DNA from: Hyalangium minutum
GTDB lineage: Bacteria; Myxococcota; Myxococcia; Myxococcales; Myxococcaceae
Reading direction: 5' to 3'
Length of the DNA: 64,000 nucleotides
Assembly (NCBI RefSeq): GCF_000737315.1
Contig: NZ_JMCB01000006.1
Coordinates: forward strand, 558,001 to 622,000
Positions 28,219 through 38,287 of this stretch are shown here, in pieces. Positions within the stretch are counted from its first letter, which is position 1, and each line of letters starts with the position of its first letter. The notes under the pieces were generated by a model that was given only the letters and a program-made list of their open reading frames with translations, was not told the origin of the DNA and did no database searches. The position numbers and the translations under genes were made by a program.

Positions 28219-28889
28219 AGCTTGCCCTCGTCAAGCCGCTGCGCCCATGCACGGCTCACCTGCACAATTGCATGCTCGGCGCGGAGGGGGAACACCACGT
28301 CCCTGCAGCTCGCGTCCTTGAAGCGTTTCGCCGTCTCATAGACCGCGAGGTGGAGGCGGCGTTCAGCCGGGAAGTTAACGAAGCTGCCAGGGATGCCACC
28401 CGCCGGGAAGAGAGCAAGCAACCCTTCGGCGCACTTGAAGTACAGCCGCGCCGCGAGGCAGCGGCGAGCCTGGGGAGGGAGTGCGGCGAGCTCGGACTGA
28501 GGCTCCGCCTTAGCCAGCAGTGCCCCCATGGTCTGGGCACACACGCGAGTGGGTCGCTCGGCATCTTCGTCGGTGTCTGCGTTCGGGATGAACGGCAAGG
28601 TGATGCCGAAGATCTCCGGCGGGCCCACCGGCTTCGTCGAGCGGCTCGCTACGGGAGACTCAGCAGCCCACAGGCCCGGTTCGTTGCTGGGAGGGAGGAC
28701 GCGGGCGTGAGGGCTCCGAGGGTACTGCTGGGGGCGCTGGCCAGGCTGGCCGACCACGGGCGCTCCGGTGCCGACAGGTGCCATGGGTGGAGCTGGGAAG
28801 GCTGGGCCAGGGATGCCCTGGGAGTAGGTGCTGCGTGACGGAGTGGAGCAGGCAGCGGTGAACAGGATGAGCAGGAACAGGTAGCGCAT
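28215..28889 (-). CDS. Hypothetical Pro-rich lipoprotein
   Basis: MRYLFLLILFTAAC lipoprotein signal; helical Cys-containing C-terminal domain. Confidence 0.6.
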   Translation of the reverse strand: MRYLFLLILFTAACSTPSRSTYSQGIPGPAFPAPPMAPVGTGAPVVGQPGQRPQQYPRSPHARVLPPSNEPGLWAAESPVASRSTKPVGPPEIFGITLPFIPNADTDEDAERPTRVCAQTMGALLAKAEPQSELAALPPQARRCLAARLYFKCAEGLLALFPAGGIPGSFVNFPAERRLHLAVYETAKRFKDASCRDVVFPLRAEHAIVQVSRAWAQRLDEGKL

Positions 28890-29513
28890 AGGGAGGGAAG
28901 GTACAGAGCTGGTCTGCCAAGTGCGTGCGAGCATCAGTGAGTGGACGCGCCGGCAGAGTCAGCGCGTCCTTGAAGAACCACTCGGACGGAAGCCAGGGCA
29001 CCCACAACGAACTCTGGTGCCACATCGTGCCGCTTGCAGGTAAAGAGGAAGACGGCCTCGGCTAGGTGGACGATGGTGCCCACGAGAGAGAGGACCACCG
29101 AGGCGGCCTCAGCATTGCCTTGAGCACAGGCGCCCGCAACCTGGCTGGGGCCCACCAACCAGCCAACCCGAGTTTCTCTTGCCGGGCAGCCCAGTCACGG
29201 CAGCGCCGCGTATCCCCCCGCAGCAACAAGAGCAGTGCGGAACAGGAGAGGCAGCAGCGGCGAACGAATCTAGTGGGCACCGGGTTGCGGGAAGAGATTG
29301 GCTCTGCTTGGGTCTGTGCCGTTAGGCATGCTTGGTGCCCACGTACCTGGAGAGCCTCAATGCACAAACCACCTTTCCTCGAACTCCTCCCGCCTGGGGC
29401 TACCGCTCGAGCCCTGCTGAACGATGTGGCGATTCAGATCGGCAAGGAAGTGCGCACCGTCACGCGGCCCTGGGCGTGAAGCCCTTCCGCGTCTCTCCCT
29501 TCTGGGGAGTCCG

Positions 29514-30422
29514 ATGAGCGAGCACTACCCGCGCATTCGCATCCCCGCTGAGAACGGAGAGCTGCAGATCCGCGAAGGCGTGAACATCTGCTTCTTCATG
29601 CAGCGCTCGCACCCGGACGTCGCGCCGTTCGTCCTGCGATCACTGGACACGTACCTGAACGCGGTGGGCCCCCACTCGCTGTGCTGGTACGCGGACGCAC
29701 AAGGGGACATGCAGGAACTCGATGAGCGAGCCTGGAGCAACCTCCGCAAGGAACTCCTCGAGAAGCGTGGGGCCCTCCTCTACTTGAAGGATCGCCCGGG
29801 CGGAGCCGGAGAGTTCCAGTTCGAGTACTACGGGAAGTGGCTGGAGGATCCTGCCCTCGCGAAGCGAGACTTGCCGGTCTGTGCCGCCTCCTTCTGGCTG
29901 TCGACGGAATACCTGGAGAAGCACGGCCCGGGGCGCATTCGCGAGCTGGCGCTGGAGCTGGCCACTCCCCTGCCCTTCAACTCCGGTCACGCAGGCCTCT
30001 CCTTCAACGCGCTGATGGATGACCTGGGTGTCTCCAGAGAGGTCCGCCGCTGGTGCTTTCGCTACCCGGGGCTGGATGTCCTCCAACTGAACTACCTCTC
30101 GATGGAGCTAGGCACGCGAGTCCGAGGCGCACACTGGCTCACGTTCCTGGGACAACCGGTGCTGGGACACCTGGGGGGCACTGCAGGCTTACGGACTCAG
30201 CTCTCCTCACCGGACGTCACCGTGCAGCCGCTGGATGGCGATCGCGCGGCCGTCACGCTAGGCCCTTGGCCGGAGGCGGGAGACACGGAGTCCGGCCGCG
30301 AGCTGCCTCCGTACCGTGAGCTGGCTCGGGTGCTGGAGCCTTGGACCTACCGGGAAAGCGCTCCCCTCACCGGCTTCACCGAGGAGGACACGCGGCGCTG
30401 GGAGCGGCGCTTCCTCGGGTGA
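29514..30422 (+). CDS. DUF3396 (TsiV-like) immunity protein
   Basis: LPFNSGHAGLSF, RYPGLDV, VRGAHWLTFLG and LPPYRELARVLEP motifs. Confidence 0.85.
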   Translation: MSEHYPRIRIPAENGELQIREGVNICFFMQRSHPDVAPFVLRSLDTYLNAVGPHSLCWYADAQGDMQELDERAWSNLRKELLEKRGALLYLKDRPGGAGEFQFEYYGKWLEDPALAKRDLPVCAASFWLSTEYLEKHGPGRIRELALELATPLPFNSGHAGLSFNALMDDLGVSREVRRWCFRYPGLDVLQLNYLSMELGTRVRGAHWLTFLGQPVLGHLGGTAGLRTQLSSPDVTVQPLDGDRAAVTLGPWPEAGDTESGRELPPYRELARVLEPWTYRESAPLTGFTEEDTRRWERRFLG

Positions 30423-30434
30423 GCCCCGCCGCGG

Positions 30435-32030
30435 CTACACGCGGAACTCGGAGACGATCCTCCGCAACTGCGACACCGTGGAGTTGATCTGCCCCACCGC
30501 CTCCTCCGCGGTGGTGGTGGCCAGCACCACGTCGCCCATCATCCCCGACAGCTGCGTCATCACATCCGTCATCTGCGAGATGCCCGCGTTCTGCTGCGTC
30601 ACCGAGGCGACGATCTGCCGCGCCGCCTTGCTGCTCTCCTGCATGACGTGGGTGATTTCCTTCAGCTTGTCCGCCGAGGTGAGCACCTGCTCGATGCCCT
30701 CCTCCATCTCCTTGCTGTCACCCTCGGCCGCCGCCACCGCCTGACGAATCGCCGTGTTGATGTCCAGCAGGATGCGTCCGATGCGCTCGGTGCTCTGCAG
30801 CGACTGGCCGCTCAGCACCCGCATCTCCCGCGCCACCACCGCGAACCCGCGCCCACCCTCGCCCGCACGCGACGCCTCGATGGCCGCGTTCAGCGCCAGC
30901 ACGTTGCTCTGGTCCGCCAGGTCCTTCACGCTGCCGATGATCTCCCGCGCGTGCACCGCTTGCTCGGACAGCTGGCCGATGTTGCCCACCATCGCGCTCA
31001 CCCGGCGCCGGATCTGATCCAGCCCCTGCGCGCTGCTCTCGATGGATTGCTGGCTCGCCAGCGTGAACGTGTCCGCCTGCTCGGCCACCTGGAGCACCAT
31101 CTCCGCGCGGTTGGAGGCCACGCTCGACGTCTGGGCAATCTCCGCCATCGTCGTGCCCGCCTCGGAGAGGCTGCGCGCTTGCTCCGTCAGGAAGGCGATC
31201 TGCTCCTGGCTCACCTTCGTCAGCCGCTCGGAGGCCGTGGCCAATTCGCCCACCACGCTCTGCAGCGCCACTGGCACCGCGCGCAGCCGCTTCACCAGTA
31301 AGTCCAGGCTGCGGGCCAGCTCCCCCACCTCGTCCTTGGCGCTCACGTCGATGGAGACCGTCAGGTCCCCCTCCGTGGCAATCCGCGAGGCCATCGCCGA
31401 CAGGCGCTCCAGCGGCTCGGCCACCTCCTTCACCATCCAATACGCCATGCCCGCCAGCACCCCGATGCACAGGAACACCAGCACGCCAATCAACACCCGC
31501 CCCCGGGTGCCCGCCCGCGCCGAGCGCTGGAAGGCGTCCGTGAGCCCCCGCTGCTGCTCATTCACCATCAACTGCAGCGCCTTCTGCATGGACGCGAAGC
31601 GCGTGTTGAGCCGAGCCAGTGCCGCCGTGTCCTCGCCCTTCTGGACGAGGTAGAACTCCACCACCTGCTCCCGGTTCTGCTGGTACTCGGTGAAGTCCTG
31701 CAGGAGCACCGTGAGGTGCTGGGCGCTGAGGACCGGGTTGCGGCGCGCCGCCTCCAGGTCCGCGGAGAACTTTCGCGCCATGGCCCGCATGGGCTCTCTG
31801 CGCTTCTCGTCCTTCAGCGCCACCGCGTCCTGCAGCTCGTGGTGGAGGGTCTGCAGGTCCGCCAGCATCAACTGGCTGTGCGCGAGCGCCGGGGCATGGC
31901 CCTGCTCGATGAGCTCGTGGGCGTTGCCCGTCTTGACGCCGACGATGATGGACAGGCCCAGGATGGCCAGCAGGAACAGCGCGGCCAGCGCGGGCAACAA
32001 CATCATCTTTCGCTTGAACGTCAGCGTCAT
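30435..32030 (-). CDS. Methyl-accepting chemotaxis protein
   Basis: Two TMs, HAMP (DEVGELARSL), signalling hairpin QSNVLALNAAIEASRAGEGGRGFAVVA. Confidence 0.95.
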   Translation of the reverse strand: MTLTFKRKMMLLPALAALFLLAILGLSIIVGVKTGNAHELIEQGHAPALAHSQLMLADLQTLHHELQDAVALKDEKRREPMRAMARKFSADLEAARRNPVLSAQHLTVLLQDFTEYQQNREQVVEFYLVQKGEDTAALARLNTRFASMQKALQLMVNEQQRGLTDAFQRSARAGTRGRVLIGVLVFLCIGVLAGMAYWMVKEVAEPLERLSAMASRIATEGDLTVSIDVSAKDEVGELARSLDLLVKRLRAVPVALQSVVGELATASERLTKVSQEQIAFLTEQARSLSEAGTTMAEIAQTSSVASNRAEMVLQVAEQADTFTLASQQSIESSAQGLDQIRRRVSAMVGNIGQLSEQAVHAREIIGSVKDLADQSNVLALNAAIEASRAGEGGRGFAVVAREMRVLSGQSLQSTERIGRILLDINTAIRQAVAAAEGDSKEMEEGIEQVLTSADKLKEITHVMQESSKAARQIVASVTQQNAGISQMTDVMTQLSGMMGDVVLATTTAEEAVGQINSTVSQLRRIVSEFRV

Positions 32031-32235
32031 CGCCTCTGACCCGGGACAAAGACGCGCCGGGACACCTTACCTCGTAGGATAGCTGCCAGATCCCCCTCTC
32101 ACTCAAGGACTCGTGACCGCGTGCGTCGGTCACCCAACCCCTGGCAGCACATTGGCTTACAGCCGCAGGGAAGCGGATCGCCGCCAGCGACCTTCTAGGT
32201 TGCCTGGAGGGCGGGCGGGCAATCCGCCTCGTGCC

Positions 32236-33312
32236 TCAGGACTGCACCTCCTGGCGCTGGCACCCGGGAATGGTGAGCACGAAGTCGGCGCCGAAGGCCC
32301 GCGCGGGCGTCTGCGTCCCCACGGGCTTCTGGGCCAGCACCTCCTCCACGGCCCGGACGGCGGACACGGCGGTGAAGGCGTAGCCCTCGGGCAGATCCAG
32401 CCACGCCTGGCTGCGGCGGCCATCGGCGGCGCGGGCCTCGGCCCAGAGGTGGGAGCGGCTCTCGCTGCGCGCGGTGGCGTCGGGCCCGTGCATGCGGGAC
32501 TCGATGAGGCGCTCGGCGCCGTGGCGGACGGCGTCCACGGCCATCACGCGCTTGAGCAACGGATAGGTGACGCGAAGGAACCGGGCGGCGGCTCGCGGCA
32601 GCGCCATATAGGTGGTGATGTTGGGGATGCCGGTGGTGTGCCAGGCCGTGACGAGGTCGCCCCAAGGAATGGGGATGACCGTGCGCTCGGCGTCGGAGAA
32701 GCGCACGCGGCGCTGGCCCTTGCCCAGGGGCCACAGCTGGAGCGTTCCCCCCCGGCGCACGCGTCCGCCCGAGGGCAGCTGCTCCAGCGCGGACTTGGTG
32801 GTGCCGGCACTGGCCTGGCCGCTGGTCGTGATGGCGATGTCCAGCTCGTGCGCTCCAGGCACGCGCTCGGCCACGTAGCGGGCAAGGCAGTCGGTGGGCA
32901 CCACGTCGAAGCCCACGCCGGGCATGAGGGTGATGCCGCGCGCGCGGGCCTCGGCGTCATGGTGGAAGGCGTTCTCGAAGACCGGAATCTCCCCGGTGAT
33001 GTCGAGGTAGTGCGCGCCCGCGGCGAGGCACGCCTGGACCATCGGCTCGCTGGTGCGGACGAAGGGGCCCGCGGCGTGGAGCACCAGGGGCAGGCCCTCC
33101 AGCGAGGCCACGAGGCCGCGGATGTCCTCCAAGCCCATCACGGCCACCTCGAGGCCGAGGGGTTCAGCCACGGGCGCCAGCTTCTCGCGCGAGCGGCCAG
33201 CGAGCACGGGGCGATGGCCTCGGCGCACGGCCTCTTCAGCGATGAGGCGGCCGGTGTAGCCAGAGGCGCCGTACAACATCCAGCGGGGGGCGGAGGACGA
33301 AGGGGCACTCAC
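32236..33312 (-). CDS. Saccharopine dehydrogenase-like NAD(P)-binding oxidoreductase
   Basis: YGASGYTG, AGPF, HYLDITGE and GFDVVPTD motifs. Start uncertain (33312-33330). Confidence 0.85.
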   Translation of the reverse strand: MSAPSSSAPRWMLYGASGYTGRLIAEEAVRRGHRPVLAGRSREKLAPVAEPLGLEVAVMGLEDIRGLVASLEGLPLVLHAAGPFVRTSEPMVQACLAAGAHYLDITGEIPVFENAFHHDAEARARGITLMPGVGFDVVPTDCLARYVAERVPGAHELDIAITTSGQASAGTTKSALEQLPSGGRVRRGGTLQLWPLGKGQRRVRFSDAERTVIPIPWGDLVTAWHTTGIPNITTYMALPRAAARFLRVTYPLLKRVMAVDAVRHGAERLIESRMHGPDATARSESRSHLWAEARAADGRRSQAWLDLPEGYAFTAVSAVRAVEEVLAQKPVGTQTPARAFGADFVLTIPGCQRQEVQS

Positions 33313-33342
33313 GCGGCGGCACGCTACCACCGCTCACGGAGG

Positions 33343-33705
33343 TTACGGCGTGGATCCTTGGAGCGAGGGGGCCAGTTCCTTGCGGCAGGCCTCGTCGCAC
33401 TGGGGGAATTGGAGGAGGTATTCGGCGCGCTTGCGGCAACGGGCCTCCGAGTCCCGGGGTCCGTCGACTTCCAGACAGCGGGCGCGCTGCTCGGCCCAGG
33501 CCTCCTGGTAGAAGGCCTCGCGTTGGGCGGGAGACATGGCGCGGAGGCCACCGCCCGCCGAGCCGTGGACCCACATCCACACGCCGATGGCCACCAGACC
33601 GATGGCGCCGATGACCACCGCGCGCGTCGCCTTGGACTGCCGGGGCGGCGGTTCGAGCTCCCGCGAGAAGAGCCCTCCCGTGGGCGAGTCTTCACCGTCC
33701 GTCAT
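33343..33705 (-). CDS. Single-TM protein with 4-Cys periplasmic domain (paralog of 44153-44521)
   Basis: GGAG RBS; TM followed by AMSPAQR...W...C...RCRKRAEYLLQFPQCDEACR. Confidence 0.7.
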   Translation of the reverse strand: MTDGEDSPTGGLFSRELEPPPRQSKATRAVVIGAIGLVAIGVWMWVHGSAGGGLRAMSPAQREAFYQEAWAEQRARCLEVDGPRDSEARCRKRAEYLLQFPQCDEACRKELAPSLQGSTP

Positions 33706-33830
33706 GCCACGCTCCAGAGCATGGCTCCTCATGCCGCAGGGCGCGCGCGTTTACCAGCGCGCCGAGCGTCCGCTGTACGGGAGGCGTCACCGGCACGGCA
33801 CCGGGAAGGCGAGGCGCTTATGATGACGGC

Positions 33831-35216
33831 ATGAAGCCCCCGCCCGAGCCCCTGCCCGCCGAGCCCAGCCCGATGCGGGTGCTGGTGGTGGACGACGAGC
33901 GCAACATCCGCAGCACGCTGCGCATCTGCCTGGAGGGCTTTGGCTGCACGGTCCGTGAGGCCGCCACCCCGGAGGCCGCCCTCGCGGCGCTCGCACAGGG
34001 GCCGGCCGATCTGGCGTTCGTGGATCTGCGCCTGGGCACCACGAGCGGCCTGGAGCTGCTCCCCCGGATGCTGGCCGAGTCCCCGAACCTCGACATCGTC
34101 CTCATCACCGCCTACGCCACCTTTGACACCGCGGTGGAGGCCGTGAAGCGTGGGGCCCGCGACTACCTGCCCAAGCCCTTCACCCCCGCGCAGATCCGTC
34201 ACGTGGTGGACCGGGCGCGCGCCCACCGGGAGCTGAGCTCGCGGCTGGGAGACCTGGAGGGGCAGCTGGCGCAGACGGTGCCGGAGGCCACGCTGGAGAC
34301 GGCCTCTCCGGCGATGCACGCGGCGCTGGGGCTCATCACCCGGGCCGCGGCCTCGGACGCGGCGGTGCTGCTGCGCGGCGAGAGCGGAACGGGCAAGGGC
34401 GTGGTGGCGCGGGCGCTGCATTCGATGAGCCCTCGGCGGCTGCGGCCATTCGTCACGGTGAACTGTCCCACGCTCTCCGAGCAGCTCCTGGCCAGCGAGC
34501 TCTTCGGCCATGTGCGCGGCGCCTTCACGGGTGCGGTGAGAGATCAGCCCGGCCGCGTGGAGCAGGCCGAGGGTGGCACGCTCTTCCTGGACGAGGTGTC
34601 GGAGACGAGCACGGCGCTGCAGGCCCAGCTCCTGCGCTTCCTGCAGGAGAAACAGTTCGAGCGGCTGGGCGAGGGACGCACGAGGCGCGCGGACGTGCGA
34701 GTGGTCGCGGCCACCAACCGGGACCTCGAGAAGGAAGTGGCCCAGGGACGCTTCCGGGAGGATCTGCTCTACCGGCTGAACGTGGTGGAGGTGAAGCTGC
34801 CCGCGCTGCGGGAGCGGCCGGAGGACCTCCTGCCCCTGGCGCGGCGGTTCGTGGCCTTCTTCGCACGCGCGGCGAAGCGTCCAGTCCCAGAGCTGTCTCC
34901 CGCGACGGAGCGGATGCTGCTGGCCTACGGGTGGCCGGGCAACGTACGCGAGCTGCGCAACGCCATCGAACGCGCGCTCATCGTCTGGCCCGCGAACGTG
35001 CTGGAGCCGCAGGCTTTCCCCGAGCGGATCGCCGCGGCCTCGGGCTCCCTGGTGACGCTGGGCGGGCCGCACACGCTGGAGGAGGTGGAGCGCGAGCACA
35101 TCCTCCGCGTCATGGCCAGCGCGCCCACGCTGGACGAAGCCGCGAAGGTTCTGGGCATCGACTCCTCCACGCTGTGGCGCAAGCGCAAGAAGTACGAGTC
35201 TCCCACTTCGAACTAG
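33831..35216 (+). CDS. Sigma54-dependent response regulator (NtrC-type; probable Kdp activator)
   Basis: REC domain (VDDE, phospho-Asp), GESGTGK, GAFTGA, C-terminal HTH; stop overlaps the kinase stop (CTAG 35213-35216). Confidence 0.93.
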   Translation: MKPPPEPLPAEPSPMRVLVVDDERNIRSTLRICLEGFGCTVREAATPEAALAALAQGPADLAFVDLRLGTTSGLELLPRMLAESPNLDIVLITAYATFDTAVEAVKRGARDYLPKPFTPAQIRHVVDRARAHRELSSRLGDLEGQLAQTVPEATLETASPAMHAALGLITRAAASDAAVLLRGESGTGKGVVARALHSMSPRRLRPFVTVNCPTLSEQLLASELFGHVRGAFTGAVRDQPGRVEQAEGGTLFLDEVSETSTALQAQLLRFLQEKQFERLGEGRTRRADVRVVAATNRDLEKEVAQGRFREDLLYRLNVVEVKLPALRERPEDLLPLARRFVAFFARAAKRPVPELSPATERMLLAYGWPGNVRELRNAIERALIVWPANVLEPQAFPERIAAASGSLVTLGGPHTLEEVEREHILRVMASAPTLDEAAKVLGIDSSTLWRKRKKYESPTSN

Positions 35217-37051
35217 GAAGCCGAGGACGCGGGCTGTGGCAGGGCGAACCAGAAGGTGCTGCCCTGGCCCGGAGCGCTCACCACCCCCAGCTGTCCACCG
35301 TGCGCCTGGACGATGTCGCGGGCAATGGACAGGCCCAGCCCCGCACCGCCCGCCGGAGCGCCCGGGGCCCGGTAGAACTTCTCGAAGATGCGGGCCTGCT
35401 CCTCGGGCGGAATGCCTTCGCCCGTGTCCCTCACCTCGAAGCGCACCCGTGCGCCCTCTCGCGTCACCCGCACCAACACCTCTCCGCCCGAGGGCGTGTG
35501 CCGGACCCCGTTGCCCACCAGGTTCGACAGCACGAGCTGCACCCGCTCGGGATCCACCTCCAGCTCCTCGGCCTCGGGGGAGATCTCCTGCAGAAGCCGC
35601 ACGCCGCGATCCTCCGCTGCCACCCGGTGTGTCCCCAGCGCCCCCTCCACCAGCTCCAGCGCCGTCACACGCCGCAGGTTCAACGTCAGCTGCCCCGACT
35701 GGATGCGCGACAGATCCAGCAGGTCATCCACAATCCCTTGGAGCCGGCCACAGTCCTCCTGCGCCGCGGACAGCAGGTCCGCCTGCTTCTCCGTCACCGG
35801 CCCCACCACGCCCTCCGCGCACAGGTGGATGGCCATGCGCAGCGAGGTCAGCGGGGTGCGGAACTCGTGCGCCACCGTGGCCACCAGGTCATTCTTCAGC
35901 TCGTCGAAGCGGCGCAGCCGTGTCACGTCCTGGAGGATGACCGTGGCGCCGGCCACCTCCCCGCTCTCCGCGTACACGGGGCTGCCACGGGGCAGCAGCC
36001 ACCGGTCTCCCTCGGAGGAGCTCACCCGCACCGCCTCCTCATAGCCGCGCGGCTGATAGGCTCCCTTGCCCTCCAGCATGTGGAGCCGCACCCGCTCCAG
36101 GACCTCCCGCACCTCTGGAGCCGCCCGGGCCAGCGGGTCTCCCTCCGCACCCATCGGCATGCGCAGCACGTCCTCCGCGGCACGGTTGACGTTGAGCAGC
36201 GCTCCATCCGCGCCAAACACCAGGACCGGATCCGGCAGGCTGTCGATGGCGGCCTGCGAGGCGGCCTGAGCCTGGAGCAGCTCGCCCAGGCTGCTCTGGC
36301 GGTAGCGCTGGAGCCGCTCCGCCATGGCGTTGAACTCCTGGCCGAGCTGGGCAATCTCGTCTTGCCCCTCGACCACCGCGCGCACCGCCAGGTCCCCCTG
36401 GCCAATCCGCTGCACCGCCTGCGAGAGCACGGACACTGGCCGCAGCGCCCGGTGCGTCAGCGACGTGGAGGCGAAGAGCCCCACCAGGAACGCGGCCAGC
36501 ACCGCCACCCCCGTGAGCGCGTTGACGCGCTGGCTCAGCCGGCGCTGGGCGTCGCTCTTGCGTGCCATGGCATCCTGGTTCAGGTCCAGGATGGCGGAGG
36601 CGGCGGCCTTGGCCTCGGAGAACGCCGGCGAGAGCGACTCGAAGTAGTGCTCACGCGCGGCCTCCCGATCCGAGAGCGCCAGCAAGGCGTCATAGCGAGT
36701 CACATAGCGCGTCCAGGCCTCCCTCAGACGCTGGGTTGCAGAGGCCTCGCCCTTCTCGGTGAGGTTCGCCTCCTGCACGCGCAGCTCCGCCTCCAGCTTG
36801 GGGCGCTGCACGGCCTGCTGCGCCTCGCCCCGCTGGCGCTCGCCCGCGACGATGAAGAGCGCCGCGCTGTCCATCCGCTCGAGGTGCTCCGTCATCCGCT
36901 GCATGGCGAGCACGCTGCGGTAGTTATCCTGGAGGATCTCCTGCCCGGAGCGCCCCACCCGTCCCAGGGTGACGACCGCCACCACGCCCACCAGCACCAG
37001 CGCGAGGGCCAGCGGAGCCTGGGCCAACAACAGACGGCCTCGCAGCGTCAT
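35213..37051 (-). CDS. Sensor histidine kinase (TM-HAMP-PAS-HisKA-HATPase), catalytic half of a split KdpD
   Basis: VAHEFRTPLTS H-box; NLVGNG, DTGEGI and GLGLSI boxes; ATGA overlap with KdpD-N. Confidence 0.9.
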   Translation of the reverse strand: MTLRGRLLLAQAPLALALVLVGVVAVVTLGRVGRSGQEILQDNYRSVLAMQRMTEHLERMDSAALFIVAGERQRGEAQQAVQRPKLEAELRVQEANLTEKGEASATQRLREAWTRYVTRYDALLALSDREAAREHYFESLSPAFSEAKAAASAILDLNQDAMARKSDAQRRLSQRVNALTGVAVLAAFLVGLFASTSLTHRALRPVSVLSQAVQRIGQGDLAVRAVVEGQDEIAQLGQEFNAMAERLQRYRQSSLGELLQAQAASQAAIDSLPDPVLVFGADGALLNVNRAAEDVLRMPMGAEGDPLARAAPEVREVLERVRLHMLEGKGAYQPRGYEEAVRVSSSEGDRWLLPRGSPVYAESGEVAGATVILQDVTRLRRFDELKNDLVATVAHEFRTPLTSLRMAIHLCAEGVVGPVTEKQADLLSAAQEDCGRLQGIVDDLLDLSRIQSGQLTLNLRRVTALELVEGALGTHRVAAEDRGVRLLQEISPEAEELEVDPERVQLVLSNLVGNGVRHTPSGGEVLVRVTREGARVRFEVRDTGEGIPPEEQARIFEKFYRAPGAPAGGAGLGLSIARDIVQAHGGQLGVVSAPGQGSTFWFALPQPASSAS

Positions 37052-38214
37052 GGGCGGTGCTCCTCTCCAGGGGCATCGAACGCGACGACGTGGATGTCGA
37101 AGCCCGTGCCCTCTCTCAACAGGCGCACATCCGCGGCGCGCCCCAGCAGCCGCCTCCACCACGGCTGGTGCGAGCGGCCCACGATGATGTGGCCCACTCC
37201 GTGCGAGCGCGCGAAGTCCAGCAGGGCCTCCACGGGCTGCTTCGCGCGCAGCCGCACCACCTCCGCGCCCAGCTCCTTGGCCTTCTCGATGTTGGCCAGC
37301 AGGTGCCGCTGTGCCTCCGCATCGATGAGGTGCGGGGCCTCGCCGGGCGTCTCCACGTAGACGACGAACCAGTCCGTGTTGAGCCGGCCCGCCATGCGCG
37401 AGCCCCGGCGCAGCAGCGTCGCCGCGCGCGGTGGATAGCTGGAGAGCGCCACCATCACCCGCCCCCACCCTCCACCCTTGGCGGGCAGCTCCTCACCGGC
37501 GCGAGCCTGTTGGCCGAGCGTGGCGCGGTCCAGGCTCTCGGCCACCTCGCGCAACGCCAGCTCGCGCAGCGTGGAGAGGTTCTCCTGCTTGAAGAAGCTC
37601 TCCAGCGCGTGGGTCACCTTCTCCGGCGCGTAGATCTTCCCCGTCCGGAGGCGCTCGTGCAGGTCCTCCACCGCGAGGTCCAGGTTCACCACTTGATCCG
37701 CGCTCTTGAGGAAGCTGTCGGGGAGGGTCTCCCGGACGGTGACGCCCGTGGCCCGCTCCACCAAATCATTGAGGCTCTCCAGGTGCTGCACGTTGAAGGC
37801 GCCAATGACGTTGATGCCCGCGGCCAGCAACTCCTGCACGTCCTGGTACCGCTTGGCGTTGCGGCACAGCGGCACGTTGGTGTGGGCCAGCTCGTCCACG
37901 ATGGCCACCTGGGGCTTGCGGGCGAGCACCGCGTCCAGGTCCATCTCCTCCACGGTGACATCGCGGTAGGTGAAGGCCTTGCGCGGCACCACCTCCAGGC
38001 CTTCCACCAGGGCCAGGGTCTCCGGACGGCCGTGGGGCTCGACAAAGCCGAGCACCACATCCACGCCGCGCTTCTTCAAGGCGTGGGCCTCCTCCAGCAT
38101 GCGGTACGTCTTGCCCACGCCGGCGGCAAAGCCGATGTAGAGCTTGAGCCTGCCGCGCCGGCCCCTCTCGACCAGCTCCAGGAAGTCTTCCGCGCGTGCG
38201 CGCCGCGTCCTCAC
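37048..38214 (-). CDS. kdpD: KdpD N-terminal sensing plus USP domain protein (no TM, no kinase)
   Basis: GRLKLYIGFAAGVGKTY, VDELAHTN, KRYQDV, LRELALR; USP domain at the C-terminus. Confidence 0.92.
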   Translation of the reverse strand: MRTRRARAEDFLELVERGRRGRLKLYIGFAAGVGKTYRMLEEAHALKKRGVDVVLGFVEPHGRPETLALVEGLEVVPRKAFTYRDVTVEEMDLDAVLARKPQVAIVDELAHTNVPLCRNAKRYQDVQELLAAGINVIGAFNVQHLESLNDLVERATGVTVRETLPDSFLKSADQVVNLDLAVEDLHERLRTGKIYAPEKVTHALESFFKQENLSTLRELALREVAESLDRATLGQQARAGEELPAKGGGWGRVMVALSSYPPRAATLLRRGSRMAGRLNTDWFVVYVETPGEAPHLIDAEAQRHLLANIEKAKELGAEVVRLRAKQPVEALLDFARSHGVGHIIVGRSHQPWWRRLLGRAADVRLLREGTGFDIHVVAFDAPGEEHRP

Positions 38215-38287
38215 GCCTGTGCCCTCTCTTATGATGCGGGGGTGTAGCGCTCCTGGGCCCGGACAGCCACTCCCGTGGCCCTGCTCC

